From NCBI RefSeq assembly GCF_009914755.1, contig NC_060926.1: DNA of 64,000 bases; one strand, given 5' to 3'. Below are positions 1 through 15,434 of this stretch, in pieces; the stretch's first letter is position 1; each line of letters starts with the position of its first letter. This stretch comes from the human T2T-CHM13v2.0 reference genome, Homo sapiens. The notes under the pieces are model-generated. The model ran no database searches. It was not told the DNA's origin and saw only the letters and a program-made list of their open reading frames with translations. Both the position numbers and the translations under genes were made by a program.

Positions 1-79
1 CTTGATAGAAAAAGCTTTTATTGTGTTGTATATTATATGTGATTTCAAGCTATATCGTGGAATGTGAAGAGGCTGAATA

Positions 80-290
80 AGGGAATGGTTAAGAACTTAA
101 GTTCAAGTCCCAACTCCGGAGTTGTTTACACAATGTACTCTGACATTTACAAGCCATGTAGCCTTGACATGGTACTTAAAACCTGTAAGCCTCATCTTCT
201 TCATTGGGAAAGTGGTAATATTAGTCTCTATATCAAGGGATTTTTATGAAAGGGGAATGACATGATACATACCTGGCACATAATAGGAAT
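80..290 (+). mobile_element. MIR SINE relic
   Basis: Degenerate MIR core (gccttgacatggtacttaaaacctgtaagcctcatcttcttcattggg...cctggcacataatagg). Boundaries are approximate. Confidence 0.6.
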
Positions 291-1181
291 ATTATAGATG
301 ATAGCTAATATTAACATTTTTCAGCCCACACAAGTTGATTCCCTGGTGCTGATGAGGCAAGTTCAGCTTAAACTTATAGTTACAGAAAATCCTCATGGAA
401 CATCTTAGGTGTCAATGGATGAGGAAAAGATGTGTTTTCCAAAAATAGAAACCTGCCAGGATTTTATTGGAGGTTATCCTAGGTAATACTGAGCAGTTAA
501 TGGTTAGAATTTGAATGGGACAAGTAGAGAAAGCAATCAGCCTGGTCATCAAGGTTCAAACCATATGTGGCTAAATAGATATGTACCTTGAATCATTCCA
601 ACTAGAAGTACGGTCTCCACAAAATCCCCAGGTATGATGTGGCAATATGTGCTTTTCTGAGCTCCCTTTTTTTATATCCTTTAAGGCTTTTCAAATTTCC
701 ATCTTTGTACCTCTGCTCTACTATTTTTCCATTCTGACTTTATGCAATTAAGGCAGTAGTTATTCATCTCTGCTCCATCCAGAGTTTCTATCTCATCTAT
801 AGACTATAAGTTCTTCAATTACAAGGGGAGCCTGGCACATAGAAAGTGTCCAAGAAATGTTTGCTGAGCCAATGTTACTATGGGGCATAAAGCACCTAAT
901 TATACCTAATGACATAAAGGTGCTAATTTGTGTGAATCATGAAGTGATCACTTTGTTACAAATTAATTGCTATTTTAAACTTCCTGAATATCATATTGGT
1001 GTTTAGAAATATTGAATCAATTGATTTAGTCGCAACGTTTTCCAAAAGAAATTTAGAAAAATATATCTACATTTTTACTTAAAAATTATTTTAATAGTAG
1101 CATACCTAGAAGTGCTTTTTGGTAAATATACATTAGTAACCAGTTCAGAGTAGATTGCAGGAATATCATGACTCTACTTTT

Positions 1182-1426
1182 TTTTTTTTTTTTTTTTTTG
1201 AGACAGAGTCTCACTCTGTCGCCCAGGCTGGAGTGCAATGGCGTAATCTCGGCTCACCGCAAGCTCCACCTCCCGGGTTCACGCCATTCTCCTGCCTCAG
1301 CCTCCTGAGTGGCTGGGACTACAGGCGCCTGCCACCACGCCTGGCTAATTTTTTGTATTTTTAGTAGAGACAGGGTTTCACCACGTTAGCCAGGATGGTC
1401 TCGATCTCCTGACCTCGTGATCCGCC
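1182..1426 (-). mobile_element. AluY, 5'-truncated, with 13-bp TSD
   Basis: Poly-T followed by reverse Alu with AluY-type motifs (gcaagctcc, ttcacgccattctc, ttagccaggatggtctcgatctcctgacctcgtgatcc). TSD tgactctactttt at 1169-1181 and 1427-1439. Confidence 0.93.
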
Positions 1427-2733
1427 TGACTCTACTTTTGTGAAACTTGTTTAAAGGGTGAATCTCCTCTAAACAGTGAATGTCCAAGTTTCAAAAGATT
1501 GTATGACTATGGTGCAACTTATTTCTATTGTGAACAAGTTTTACATTTCCGTAGAACATTTACTGAGACTTGAAAGTCCAGGTAATTTTACACTATATAT
1601 TATTTTTTTACTAATTGCTGCTTAATGCAAAGTCAGCTTCAGGCTTAACAACTATTGTTGCCTGTCCCTGCCTTAAATAGTAAAAATCTATATTGTGCCT
1701 AAGGTGGTGATTTACTTTGAAGAATGTCCAAAGTATTTTTTTCTACTTGTTGTAATTTTAAAAATCTCCTTTATTTTTTGTGCAGTATCTTTGGCAGGAT
1801 CCCAGTGCTTGGATGGGTATAGTTCTAAAGCTTGCCCATATTTTATTCTGATGTCTATTTTAATGTACTTTATGGGGAAAATGTTTTTTTAAAGTCCCTT
1901 TTCCTTCACACTATTCAGATGATTCCTCTAAAGGAAAAGGATATCATTATCTTAAATAGCCTTTGATTTACATTGCCTCATCTGTTTTGTTATTCAATCA
2001 GAAACTTTCTAAAGGACAAAGGGAAACTTTTTAAGTGCTAAGAAGAAACAAAAAATGCTATCTTCCAGTGATGCAATAATAATAATTTTTAATTCTTTTA
2101 GATCCATGTGTGTTTTGTTTTTTTTTTTCCTCAATGTGGTAAGTCTTGCAAATTGTCCAAGGAATTAGGCTAAGTACTATTCTTTAGTCTTAATTGCAAG
2201 CATGTAAAATAAATTTTTCATTAACTTCACTTGGTACTTTTGTTGTTATGGAGGGAAAAGTAGGCTTACACTAGGCACTTGATCAAATTTCAACAGTTTT
2301 AAAAGCCGTATCGTGTTCTTGGTTGTTTCCTCTGTTTTTGATAACTAAAACACCATCTTAAAAGTTAACCTTAGGGAAGAACTTTTGACTTTCAAACTAG
2401 TGTATTCCACTATACCATTTTGCCAAATGCCAAATGATGATCAATGTTTAGGGCCAAGAGGCATTCAAAACCAAGTTCTGGCCATCTTGTATGAATACTA
2501 ATCACAATGGCACACAAGTGCAGGTAACATGGAAAGCTTCCTGAGTACCTCCCAGCCAGAGAGAGTCATGGAAAACCTCTTTGTAATTATTAGTAAATGG
2601 AATAGCCGTCCCTCTCTTTGTCAGCAGGACATAAGTCAATTTAGCCATTGGGGTGAAGGAAGTGGGTATGAACAATTTAGAGGCATCAGTCTTTGCATAG
2701 AGGTCATGGCTTTTGTCATTTATTCTCAGATAG

Positions 2734-3115
<382 letters not shown>

Positions 3116-3404
3116 TGAGACCCAGAGAAATAATCTTCCTACTTAAAATTATGCCACTTGTTAGTAGCTGGTCCAGGATTCAGACTCCAAATTTATGTCT
3201 ATTCATTTACTGAGCAGGCACTGGAATACCTATTCAGTCTCCACAAAGTGTTTTATAATCAAGTTTGAGAAAAACATTGGGTTGAACGGGGATTATAATA
3301 CAGTCTAATAAGTACTGATAAATGCATAGACCAGGTGGTGTTAATGCAGAGAAGCCACTTAACCACAGTGTGCTACTGGTCAAAGAATATTTTTCAGAGA
3401 AGGA

Positions 3405-3552
3405 CTGGGTCAGCCATAAACCTTGAGCAAGTGATCTAGACTTCTGAAACTTCAGTTTCCTTTGTTAAAACTACCTTGTAGAATGTGGTGGAAGGTTACA
3501 GAGAACGGTTACAAAGCATCTGGCCCATAGTAGGTGCTCACTAAATGCTAAC
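3405..3552 (+). mobile_element. MIR SINE relic
   Basis: ccttgagcaagtgatctagacttctgaaacttcagtttcc...ggcccatagtaggtgctcactaaatgct. Confidence 0.65.
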
Positions 3553-4739
3553 TGGAGTTATTATAAATGGAATGAGGCTATCTAACCACCTTTTAGGAAA
3601 GACAGGTACTGTCTAGGAAAGTGTACCTTAACCTAGAACCATTCCTGTCAAGTATTCCTCAAGCCACAAAGTTGCAGATGAGGCCAGTTTTGGGTGGTTT
3701 TTTGAGTAGTATGTGGCAGCCAAGACGACAGTGAAGAAATCCCCTGGAAATGTCTCCAGCAAATGCAGTAGGTCCTTTGGCACAAATGCCGGAAGAAACT
3801 GAAGGAGCTGGAAAGAGCCCTGTCCTAGGAAGTGGGTGACCCTGACGGTAAAAGGAATGTTGGCAACAGATTTATAAACTTCTTTTTTACTTTGAAATAA
3901 TGTGTTCCCAGTGAATCATCTTTCCAAGTTCTGGATACCCACCAAAGCTGGGGAAATGGTACAATCACCAGAGCAGAGGTTTTTATCCTGGGAGTCCATA
4001 ATAAATGGCATGCATTTCTGCTATGTGCACTTTTTTCTGGGGAAAGTGTTCATTTCTTAATCAAATTCTCAAACTGCAAATCATCAAACTGCGGAAATGT
4101 TGTGATCTACCGCATATAAAGTAACTCAGTCCTTTAATTCAAGGTCACAAACAATTCTGGCATAAAGAATTCATACATAATTTGGGAGCCCCACAATTAT
4201 TATTTCTCCAACAAAAATATTTATTAGCCAGGAGTGCTCCCAGGGTTCTTGGCTTAAGCAGACACTTGGACAAGTGAAGTACATTTGGCCAACTTGTGCT
4301 TCTCACATTGGCAAGCCACCAGCAGCATTTTTCACATTGGTAGTGCCCCATGGAAACACCTTGTGGGATTTTACCTTGTAAACTCATTGCCAGATTCCTC
4401 CTGTTTTGGCGGCAGATATGCTAATTTCTTGCCAAATGGGTTTAGGCAGAAATGACTCTAGTATTGCAGAAATATATATCCTTTTTTTTCTTTTAGAAAA
4501 ATGCATAACTATTCTCAAAATGTATGAAGTGATAAATGTTCAAGGCACTTTTTGCTTACTCAGGGGTAATTGTTTGAATGACCTAAAAGTCATGCCTTCC
4601 AACAAACAATTACATTCAATATGGCTTTGAAAGGAGCATCCCCCAACATGCATGTGCACTTTTTTAAAAGTTAAAAATATTATGCATTGTAGTTACCATC
4701 TGTGATTTGCTGGAAAAGACCCCAGTGGGAGGAAGCATA

Positions 4740-4910
4740 GTATAGATGTATTGACTTCTAATCCTGCTTGCTAAGAAACTTTGACAAAGTAGTTAATCTC
4801 TCTGCAACTTGGTTTCTTTAACTGTAAAATGAGGGTAACATGGCAAGATTGTTGTAAAGATTCAGTAAGATAAAGATTGTAAAGTAACTGGCACATAGTA
4901 GATCTATTTA
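4740..4910 (+). mobile_element. MIR SINE relic
   Basis: ttgacaaagtagttaatctctctgcaacttggtttcttta actgtaaaatgaggg...tggcacatagtag. Confidence 0.7.
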
Positions 4911-5085
4911 AGTCCTCTTCCTCTTCCCATATCTCTTTACATAATGGTCTCCTGCCTTGCACTTCCCCGGTCTTCATGTTTTACACTAGTAAATAAGAAG
5001 AAGAAGAAGTATGTCATAAATGACAGTAAGTTAAACGTTGGGAACAAATAATAGAACAAATTAAACAAACACAAGCATGTACAAC

Positions 5086-5609
5086 TGTTACAGGAAAGGG
5101 GTCCCTATCCAGACTCCAAGAGAGGGTTCTTGGATCTCACACAAGAAGGAATTCAGGGTGAGTCCACAGTGCAAAGCAAAAGAAAGTAAAGTGGTGAAAG
5201 AATAGCTACTCATAGACAGGGTAGGGCTTCCGAAAGTAAGAGGAGGAACGCGTCCACCTTAGGTACAATGCTTGTATAAATAGGATGAACAAAAAGATCA
5301 TGGGGAGATGTGCTCTGTTACAAGGGTTTGTGATAAAGGATTAATTTTCTTAATTACTATGTTTTTCATGAATCAATATTATTATCTTTAAAGCAAAATT
5401 AGGAATGCTTTTGTTCTTAAGATGTCAGGATATTAGGACACTCCCAACTCTGAGTCTATTTAGTAAACATTATCAATCTGTTCCCTTAACTGTAAACACC
5501 TAGAGGCTACGAATACCTAGCTTTCTGGGAATGCAGCCCAGCAAGTCCCAGCCTCATTTTTCTAGCCCTCACTCAAGATGGGGTCGCTCTGCTTTGAACC
5601 CCTCCGACA
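5086..5609 (-). mobile_element. MER41-family solo LTR (ERV1; C/D-like)
   Basis: TG...CA termini. The reverse strand starts tgtcggaggggttcaaagcagagcgaccccatcttg... and ends ccaagaaccctctcttggagtctggatagggacccctttcctgtaaca. 4-bp TSD CAAC at 5082-5085 and 5610-5613. Confidence 0.88.
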
Positions 5610-6044
5610 CAACTTCTCTGCTGGGTTTGAAGCACCCTTAGGGAAAGCAGCTGAGGCTAGGATCACATGACTGAAACAAAGAGCTAGGTAGTAGCAAAGA
5701 GAGGGCCTTCTAAATGACACTTGGAATTTATTTCCATTATGGGTGATGTCAGTGAAATATGATGTCACATAGTACTCAGCTTTGAAGAGATGGCCTTTTT
5801 CTTCTATCCCAACTCTACAGGCTCCTGTGCAAAGAATATGAGAGTGCAATGAGTAAGAAGAAAAAGAAAAGGAAGGAAGAGAATTTGCTTAAAGATTAAA
5901 CAACAAAAAGCTTATAGAATGAGTCAAAAGCCTGCAAAAAATTCAGAGTTGCACTGATTTTATGAAACCTACTAAAGAAGTCATTTCTTTTAGAAGGGCA
6001 ACTGCTTAAAATGATGATTAGTTTATTTAGCAAAGAGTTTAGAC

Positions 6045-6265
6045 CAGGGATGTCCAATCTTTTGGCTTCCATGGGCCATATTAGAAAAGAAGAATTGTCT
6101 TGTGCCACACGTAAAATATACTAACACTAAGGATAGATGATGAGCTAAAACAAAAAACAAAAAAACTCATAATGTTTTAAGAAAGTTTACAAATTTGTGT
6201 TGGGCCGCATTCAAAGCTGTCCTGGGCCACATTACAGCCTATGGATCACAGGTTGGACAAGCTTG
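6045..6265. mobile_element. MER30 (hAT-Charlie MITE) with 8-bp TSD
   Basis: cagggatgtccaatcttttggcttcc...ggttggacaagcttg. Perfect TSD gtttagac at 6037-6044 and 6266-6273. Confidence 0.88.
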
Positions 6266-7473
6266 GTTTAGACTATATTCACTGTTTGATTAACATAATA
6301 GTATAAGGACAGAACATTATAGATTACTAAAAATCATGATTTTAAAAAGTTGGGAATGAAAAGGATTTAATTTAAACTAACAGTTAAACATTTGTTCAGG
6401 TATTTAGGAACATTTGGTTAACTAAAGCTATTTCTCAAAATTATAAAAGTATCATAGCATAATGTGTTTTTTTTTTTTTTTAACTGAGTTCTCTTTTCTT
6501 GAATATTGTAATAAAACCTATATACCATCAATTCAGCCACTGTCCTCTTCATCTTCTATCTGGCCCAGTAGACCATCTGGTTGATAATTTGACGTTGTGA
6601 ATATTTTTACTTTTGCCAGCTAAGCTCTTCCGACCTGCTATCACAGATGAGCCACTCACAGGTATTATCATCAGCTTGTTTACAATGTCTCTCATGTCAC
6701 CATTTGAATTTGGTGAAGCAATCAGAAGAAACAGCAAAATTACGTTCCTTTCTGAGTAAAGCTAAAGAAGAAAAGCTTTTCCTATGCAACTCAATCCAGA
6801 CACTGGTGTTTCTTGGGCCCTCAGCCCATTGCTGATTGAAGCAAGCACCCTTACCTTATTAAGTTCATTAGAATAGAACTTTATCATAGTTTCTTGGTGT
6901 TTTGTGCTTGCTGGAAGAATTTACTGGAAGAATGCACAATAGATTATTTTGCACTTTCACAAATCACAAAAAATCCCTCCTCTCATGCCACCTTGTAATG
7001 CAAGTTGTTTAACATGCCTGTTGATCTAAAATCTTCCACCTTTGCCAAATTACAAAGGTGGAAGAATCTTTGTTAATGATCCTTGCAGTTAAAAGTTACT
7101 CTCACTTTGCTTAAATACAAAATCAGCAATGCAAAGGATAAACCGAATCTCCCAAGTAAAAGTGGACAGAGGGGCTCTTGATGCCTCCTATTGTTCCTGA
7201 TAGAATACCCCCTAAGGCTCATGCACTACACAGTGTGATGGAATAAGGATCCTACGGATCAGATGAACCCAGGACTCACAGCTCACCTTCCTTTCATTTT
7301 CCGGCCAGGAAAGAAATAACATCTCATTAAAGTGAACATCTCATTACCATATAAGAAAATTATTGCCATGCCAGAGTTACTTCCTGTCAAGTTCATTTCT
7401 TCCTACATCAGTGGTAGGCAGGCCTGTGCTTAATCTATTAACCATCACTCAGCACTCAAACTTTTTCAGATTG

Positions 7474-7517
7474 TTTGGTAAATTCATGATTCACCTTTGG
7501 TAAATTCATGATTCACC
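7474..7517. repeat. Perfect 22-bp tandem duplication
   Basis: tttggtaaattcatgattcacc x2 (7474-7495, 7496-7517). Confidence 0.95.
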
Positions 7518-7657
7518 CAAATGACTTTACATGTTTTATTTACTGGGTTTCAAGGGCAGGAATTTTCATGTACGTGGTTCTAATCCAGGTGGATTTTCCT
7601 ATTTAGATGTTTTGGTTAATTGCACAGTCATTTACTTTCTCACCAAGAGAACGAATG

Positions 7658-7822
7658 AAGGTTGTCAGATTAACAAAAAACAACAAAAAAGTAGATTTCT
7701 CAGTTAAGGTTGAATTTCAGATAAATTTTAGTGTAAGTATGTCCCAAATGTCAATTTTTTTAATCTGAAATTTAAATTTAACTGGGTGTCCCATATTTTT
7801 ATTTGCTAAATCTGACAACCCT
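7658..7822. mobile_element. MER53-like palindromic MITE
   Basis: Terminal inverted repeats ggttgtcagatt...aatctgacaacc, internal gaatttcagat/atctgaaattt symmetry, and central gtaagtatgtccca. Confidence 0.8.
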
Positions 7823-8639
7823 AAGAGGTTCTTCTGCAAATCGTGTTACCTGCTCCTCAGACATGGGGATTTATGGTGTTCTTAAGACATATTTTCTGTG
7901 GTCATTTCCTTATGATAGATAACAGAACAGGAAATAGGGGCAAAATATAAGAAGAAAAAAGGATTAAACACTAGATGAATATCAGTGGGATAGTAAGAAC
8001 TAAATGAGTTATCTATGAAAGCCATGGAATTTTTAGACTGTCAAAAAAGAGTAAAATAAACAAGATTTCAAGATATACCCAAAGGTTCATTTCAGCCATT
8101 CTTCCACAGGCATTAAAATGAATGTTTTTATCCGTCCTCTTGATTTGACATTTTTAATCAAACCCTCCACCTAATATGCTTCTGGCTTCTGATATTTTCC
8201 CTTTGAACTCACCATTAACTTTGCCTTCCCAATAGGACAGAAATATATTAAATGAAACAATTGTACTTATAATCACAGAAAATCTAGTGTTGTTTCTTTA
8301 TTAGTTTTTTCTTGCAGACAGAGATGGAAACATTAACAGTTTTCTGCTACTTTTTCATAAATGTGCTCACAGGCTTCTGAGCAATGGTCATATCTAATGT
8401 AAATGCTAAACAAATCATATATGTTAGTGAAGAATAACAGATTTCTGAGATCATAACATGCTTATTTAATGTTTTAAAATAAAGTAGTTCTTATTTAAAT
8501 TTTGCAATAGACAGGGAAGTGTGGGTGCAGGGAAAGGGAAATCCCTGAGAATGTGGCCAAGACGTGAATTCATGGATTATACTGATAAATGCACAAAAAA
8601 GATAAATTGGTGACAGATGAGGAAATGATACTGGCTTTG

Positions 8640-9025
8640 AAATGCAATTGAGTCTCTGGAGTAGTACCCAGCCAGGTGGCCCCCTGTTCACAATGTCTCC
8701 CTCTCGGCCTAATGGCCACGTAGTTGAATGATCAAGGGGCAGACACCTGACCCAAGATAGGTCAAAAAGTTGCTCAGCCTTTGGAACATTACAGTTGAAC
8801 TGTGACACAGAGAGAAGTTGCTGGAGCTTAAATCTGGTAATTGCAGAGCTCCAGAGAAGGAATTTTTATAGCCATAATCCCAGAAGCTGCCCTAGTTCCT
8901 GTTTCCTGAGTTTTGGTTTCAAGCTGTATCGTAGATTGCATGAACTAGTCCAGTGTTTTCCCAACAGAAGTCTTTTGCTTAAGTTAGTCTAGAGTTGGCT
9001 TTTGTGTTGCTTGTGAGCAAAAAAA
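8640..9025 (+). mobile_element. Old MLT1-type MaLR LTR fragment
   Basis: The 3' end ttttgcttaagttagtctagagttggcttttgtgttgcttgtgagcaaaa resembles MLT1 U5. The left boundary is uncertain. Confidence 0.45.
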
Positions 9026-9064
9026 AATTGTATGATGCTTTGGGCTCAGTTTCATTTCTCATTT

Positions 9065-9775
9065 TCATTCTCATTCAACCAAATATGTTGTTAGGGGAGT
9101 TAGAGTGGTAAATGAGATGAATAGGATTTCTGACTTCATGGAGCTTTCAGTCTAGCAGAAAAAAACGGATATTAAATTATGGAAATTAAAGGCTTATATT
9201 AATTCACTGAACAAATATGTATTGAGGCACCTATTATATACAAGGCATTGTTCTAGGCACTTGAAACATTTGTAAAGAAACAAAGATCCCTGCTCTTGTA
9301 TTTTTTTATCAGGAGATGAAAACAGTAAGTAATAAGCATAGAAATACATAAATAAATAATACGGATTTAGAAGGTGGTAAATGCTATGAAAATAAATTAA
9401 AAAGTAGATCAGAAGGAATGGTATATCAAATGTCCTAAAGACAGAGAGAAATTGCAAGTTGGAGTAACTGCAAGATTATTAGAGCTGAAATATCAATGAC
9501 AAGGCCAGTGGCTCAAATGAGGATGAAGAGGTTAGACAAGCTAGATTGTTAAGGACTTTATAAGCCATCTTGAGGATTTTGAACTTTATCCTAAGGCAAT
9601 CTGAAGCTACTTAAGAGTTTTAAGCCATAGACTGACATGATCAGATTTGCATTTTAAATTTATCATTCTGCCTGCAACCTTGAAAACGCATTGAAAGCTA
9701 GCAGCAGTGGATGCGAGAGAATAATTGGGAGGCCCTTGGCCTAGTCTAAGTGAGAAATGGTGGTGCCCTTGACTA
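9065..9775 (-). mobile_element. L2 LINE fragments
   Basis: L2 3'-end motifs (attcactgaacaaatatgtattgaggcacctattat...ggcattgttctaggcact; ggattttgaactttatcctaagg...gacatgatcagatttgcattttaa). Confidence 0.7.
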
Positions 9776-9926
9776 GCATGTGTTTCATGAATTGGACAAC
9801 GATAGCTGTGATAAAATGGCTGTTTTCTACACTTAGACTTTCAGCTCTTCATATTTAGAATAGATTAATGCCTGTCCAACTTTACCTCTGTTCTTTGGGC
9901 TTTGGTGCTATAAAAGCCAACTTTAG

Positions 9927-10245
9927 GGCCAGGCGTGGTGGCTGATGGCTGCAATCCCAGCACTCTGGGGGGTCGAGGTGAGAGGGTTGCTTGAGGCCAG
10001 GTGTTGGAGACCAGCCTGGGCAACATAGCAAGGCCCTATCTCTACAAAAAATTTTTTGAAAACTTAGGTGGGCATGGTGGTGGTGAATGCTTGTAGTTTC
10101 AGCTACTGGTGAGGCAGAGGTGGGAGGATCCCTTGAGCTCAGGAGGTTGAGGCTACAGTGAGCCATGATCATGCCACTGCACTCCAGACTAGGCGACAGA
10201 AACCCTGTCTCAAAACTAACAAATAAAAATAAATAAATTAAATAA
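9927..10245 (+). mobile_element. AluJ
   Basis: J-type motifs (gcttgaggccagg, gggcaacatagc, gaggctacagtgagccatgatc), an A-rich tail and a degenerate TSD aaagccaa. Confidence 0.9.
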
Positions 10246-11770
10246 AGCCAATTTGTAATGTTTGGCACATTTTCATTTGCTGTATACTACCAAGTTTAAT
10301 TTGGCCTCATCTTTAGGAACAAAAATATAATATGTAGGTATTTAAGGAGTACAGCAGCTAAGGGATAGGTATTAATTATCCTCACCTGGCTCTGTATCTA
10401 GTCAGTCATACATTGCAATCCTCCAACACAGTATAAACAAATCGGGTATACAACACTTTATTAATAGGGCCTTCTCACTAAATCCTTATATTCTTTTCTT
10501 TCCTAGAAAGATAATGTAGGTGATATAGAAGAAAACCACATCTCCCTTTAACACTCCTCTATTAAGTCTAGATTAAGGGTTACATACTGGTAAACAATGG
10601 ACCATTTGGCCTTCAAATTTTGTTGTGACATTTTGTTATAGTCACATAGGGAATATTTTTTAAAGGCAATGAAATTGGACAGGTATTCTACTTCATTGCT
10701 ACACAAAGCAATTTTGTACTTAACAGGTGTTTCATGGGTGTAGGTGTATGTTAAGAATATGACTCCCAGTAATTATATGAATGTTTAATTGTTAGCTTAA
10801 ATACTGATCACACTCTTAGCAAACAGTTCCTCACTTCCTTTGACCTGACTGTAGTTCAGTCTCTTTCAATTTTAAAGACCTAGACAGAACTTACATGAAC
10901 CTATAACTCCATTTCTTCAGCTCTTGACATCCCCAAATTTAACTAAAAGGAAAAAAGAGGCTTTTTAATTATCTTATTATCTCTTCAAAAATTTTCCTTC
11001 TCATTCTTGGGGAGGTGAGAAAGGAAAAGAAGAGTACCAAGTACCACATTTTGTAATGTTGTGACATGCATCCCTGTAGCCCAATTAAGTGTCCTTGATT
11101 CTTGAGAAGTCTACCTTTCCTAAAGAAGCTGGGGGAGTATGGGGGGAAGAAGAACATGGTTTCTAACTGCTCCCATTGCAATATCTTATTATAAAAATGT
11201 ACTTTTTAAACATAGGTTTCCATCTTGTATTACTTTGTGTCTTGGAGTCTCTCCCTTATGAATTACTTTGCATCTTGTTTGAAGTGAACCATTTTAAAAT
11301 TTATATCCTGTCCTACTTTTATTTCAAGACTTTACTTAAAATATCTTTTTTCTCTTCGCCCTACTCAGATATGCATGAACATTTTATGCATTTCACACTC
11401 TTTAAGATGGAGAAAATAATATGCTAATCTGAATAGTGGTAAAATCAGAGTAGAAATAGAGATTTTATTTTCAAAAGAGTGGACAATGATGTATCTTCCT
11501 ATTGCTGTCAGTTATCTCCATTGTTAATATAACATTCATGCAGAAAGACATGGATTAATAAAGCAATTGAGTAGAACATGAATTTGGGAGTATTCTTAAT
11601 TTGATGGAGCCCAGCATAGTGAATGTTTGCTTCTTGAGGGCAGGTAACCATCTAACTTTCTTTTGTATCCCCTATTCCACTCAAGAAGTCAAACACATAT
11701 ACAATAGTTACTATTGTATTGAATGAAGTAAGTTGAAATTAGTAATAAATACTTATGAAACATCCAACAC

Positions 11771-14427
<2,657 letters not shown>

Positions 14428-14590
14428 ATTCCTAAATTTTGCTAGGAATTACACCAGGAAAGGTCAAAGAAGAGATTTTTGACTAGGAATTCAGTGCTGG
14501 TTTATGTGACTATCTAGGGCTGGTATGTGACCACGTCCAAGAAAGAGCCATGTTTATGAATGAAGAGGCTAAAAAGCATGCTAAATTACA

Positions 14591-14788
14591 CAAGTGATCC
14601 TCAATTTTGAGTGTGTTGCAAAATCACCCAATTTGGGGCTTCACAAAGTAAAGAGTGCTGGGCCCTACTTCCTGGGAATTTCTGATTTGTAGATCTGGGA
14701 TGGGAGCTGAGAATTTGCATTTCTAACCATCTCACTCCCAGGTAATGCTACTGCTGCTCATTCAGGTAGCACACTTTGCAAAATACTG
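14591..14788. mobile_element. MER5-type hAT MITE
   Basis: ttctgatttgtagatctgggatgggagctgagaatttgcatttctaac...cccaggtaatgct...cacactttgcaaaatactg. Confidence 0.75.
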
Positions 14789-15079
14789 ACTTAGACCTTC
14801 CTTGGAGAGTTGGCCCAGCTCGGGGAATCTGAACACGCTGCTTGCTCTGTGATCTGCACAGAAAAGAAGTGATTTCAGAGATTTCCAAGAGCAGTACAGA
14901 GATAATATAACTAAGGGGGTCTCAGAATAGTGTTAAGGGTCTTGCTTCCCCCTGATTTATAGGATTGACTATACTCTGGCGGAAAAAGGAGACAATGTCT
15001 TCAGTTCCTCAGATGTGAGTTAGAATCAACTGAAATAAATTAAGTGGAATATAAAATGCATGGAATTGCCTTATTAATA

Positions 15080-15434
15080 AAGATTGGACATCCCTAATCT
15101 GAAAATCTGAAATCTAAAATGTTCTAAAATTCAAAACTTTTTGAGCACCTACATGATGCCACAAGTGAAAATTTTCATACCTGACCTTATCTGATGGGTC
15201 ACAGTCAAAACAGAGTCAAAACTTTGTTTTGTTCACAAAATTATCAAAGATACTCTAGGAAATTGCCTTCAGGTTATATGAATAAGATATACATAAATGA
15301 ATTTTGTCTTTAGACTTGGGTGCCATCCCCAAGGTACCTCATTATGTAGATACAAACATTTCAAAATCCAAAAAAAATTCAAAATTCAGAGCACTTCTTA
15401 TCTTAACCATTTTGGATAATGGATATTTAACCTT
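15080..15434. mobile_element. Tigger4/MER46-type DNA transposon
   Basis: catccctaatctgaaaatctgaaatctaaaatg...ttagacttgggtgccatccccaag...ttttggataatggatatttaacct. Confidence 0.75.
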
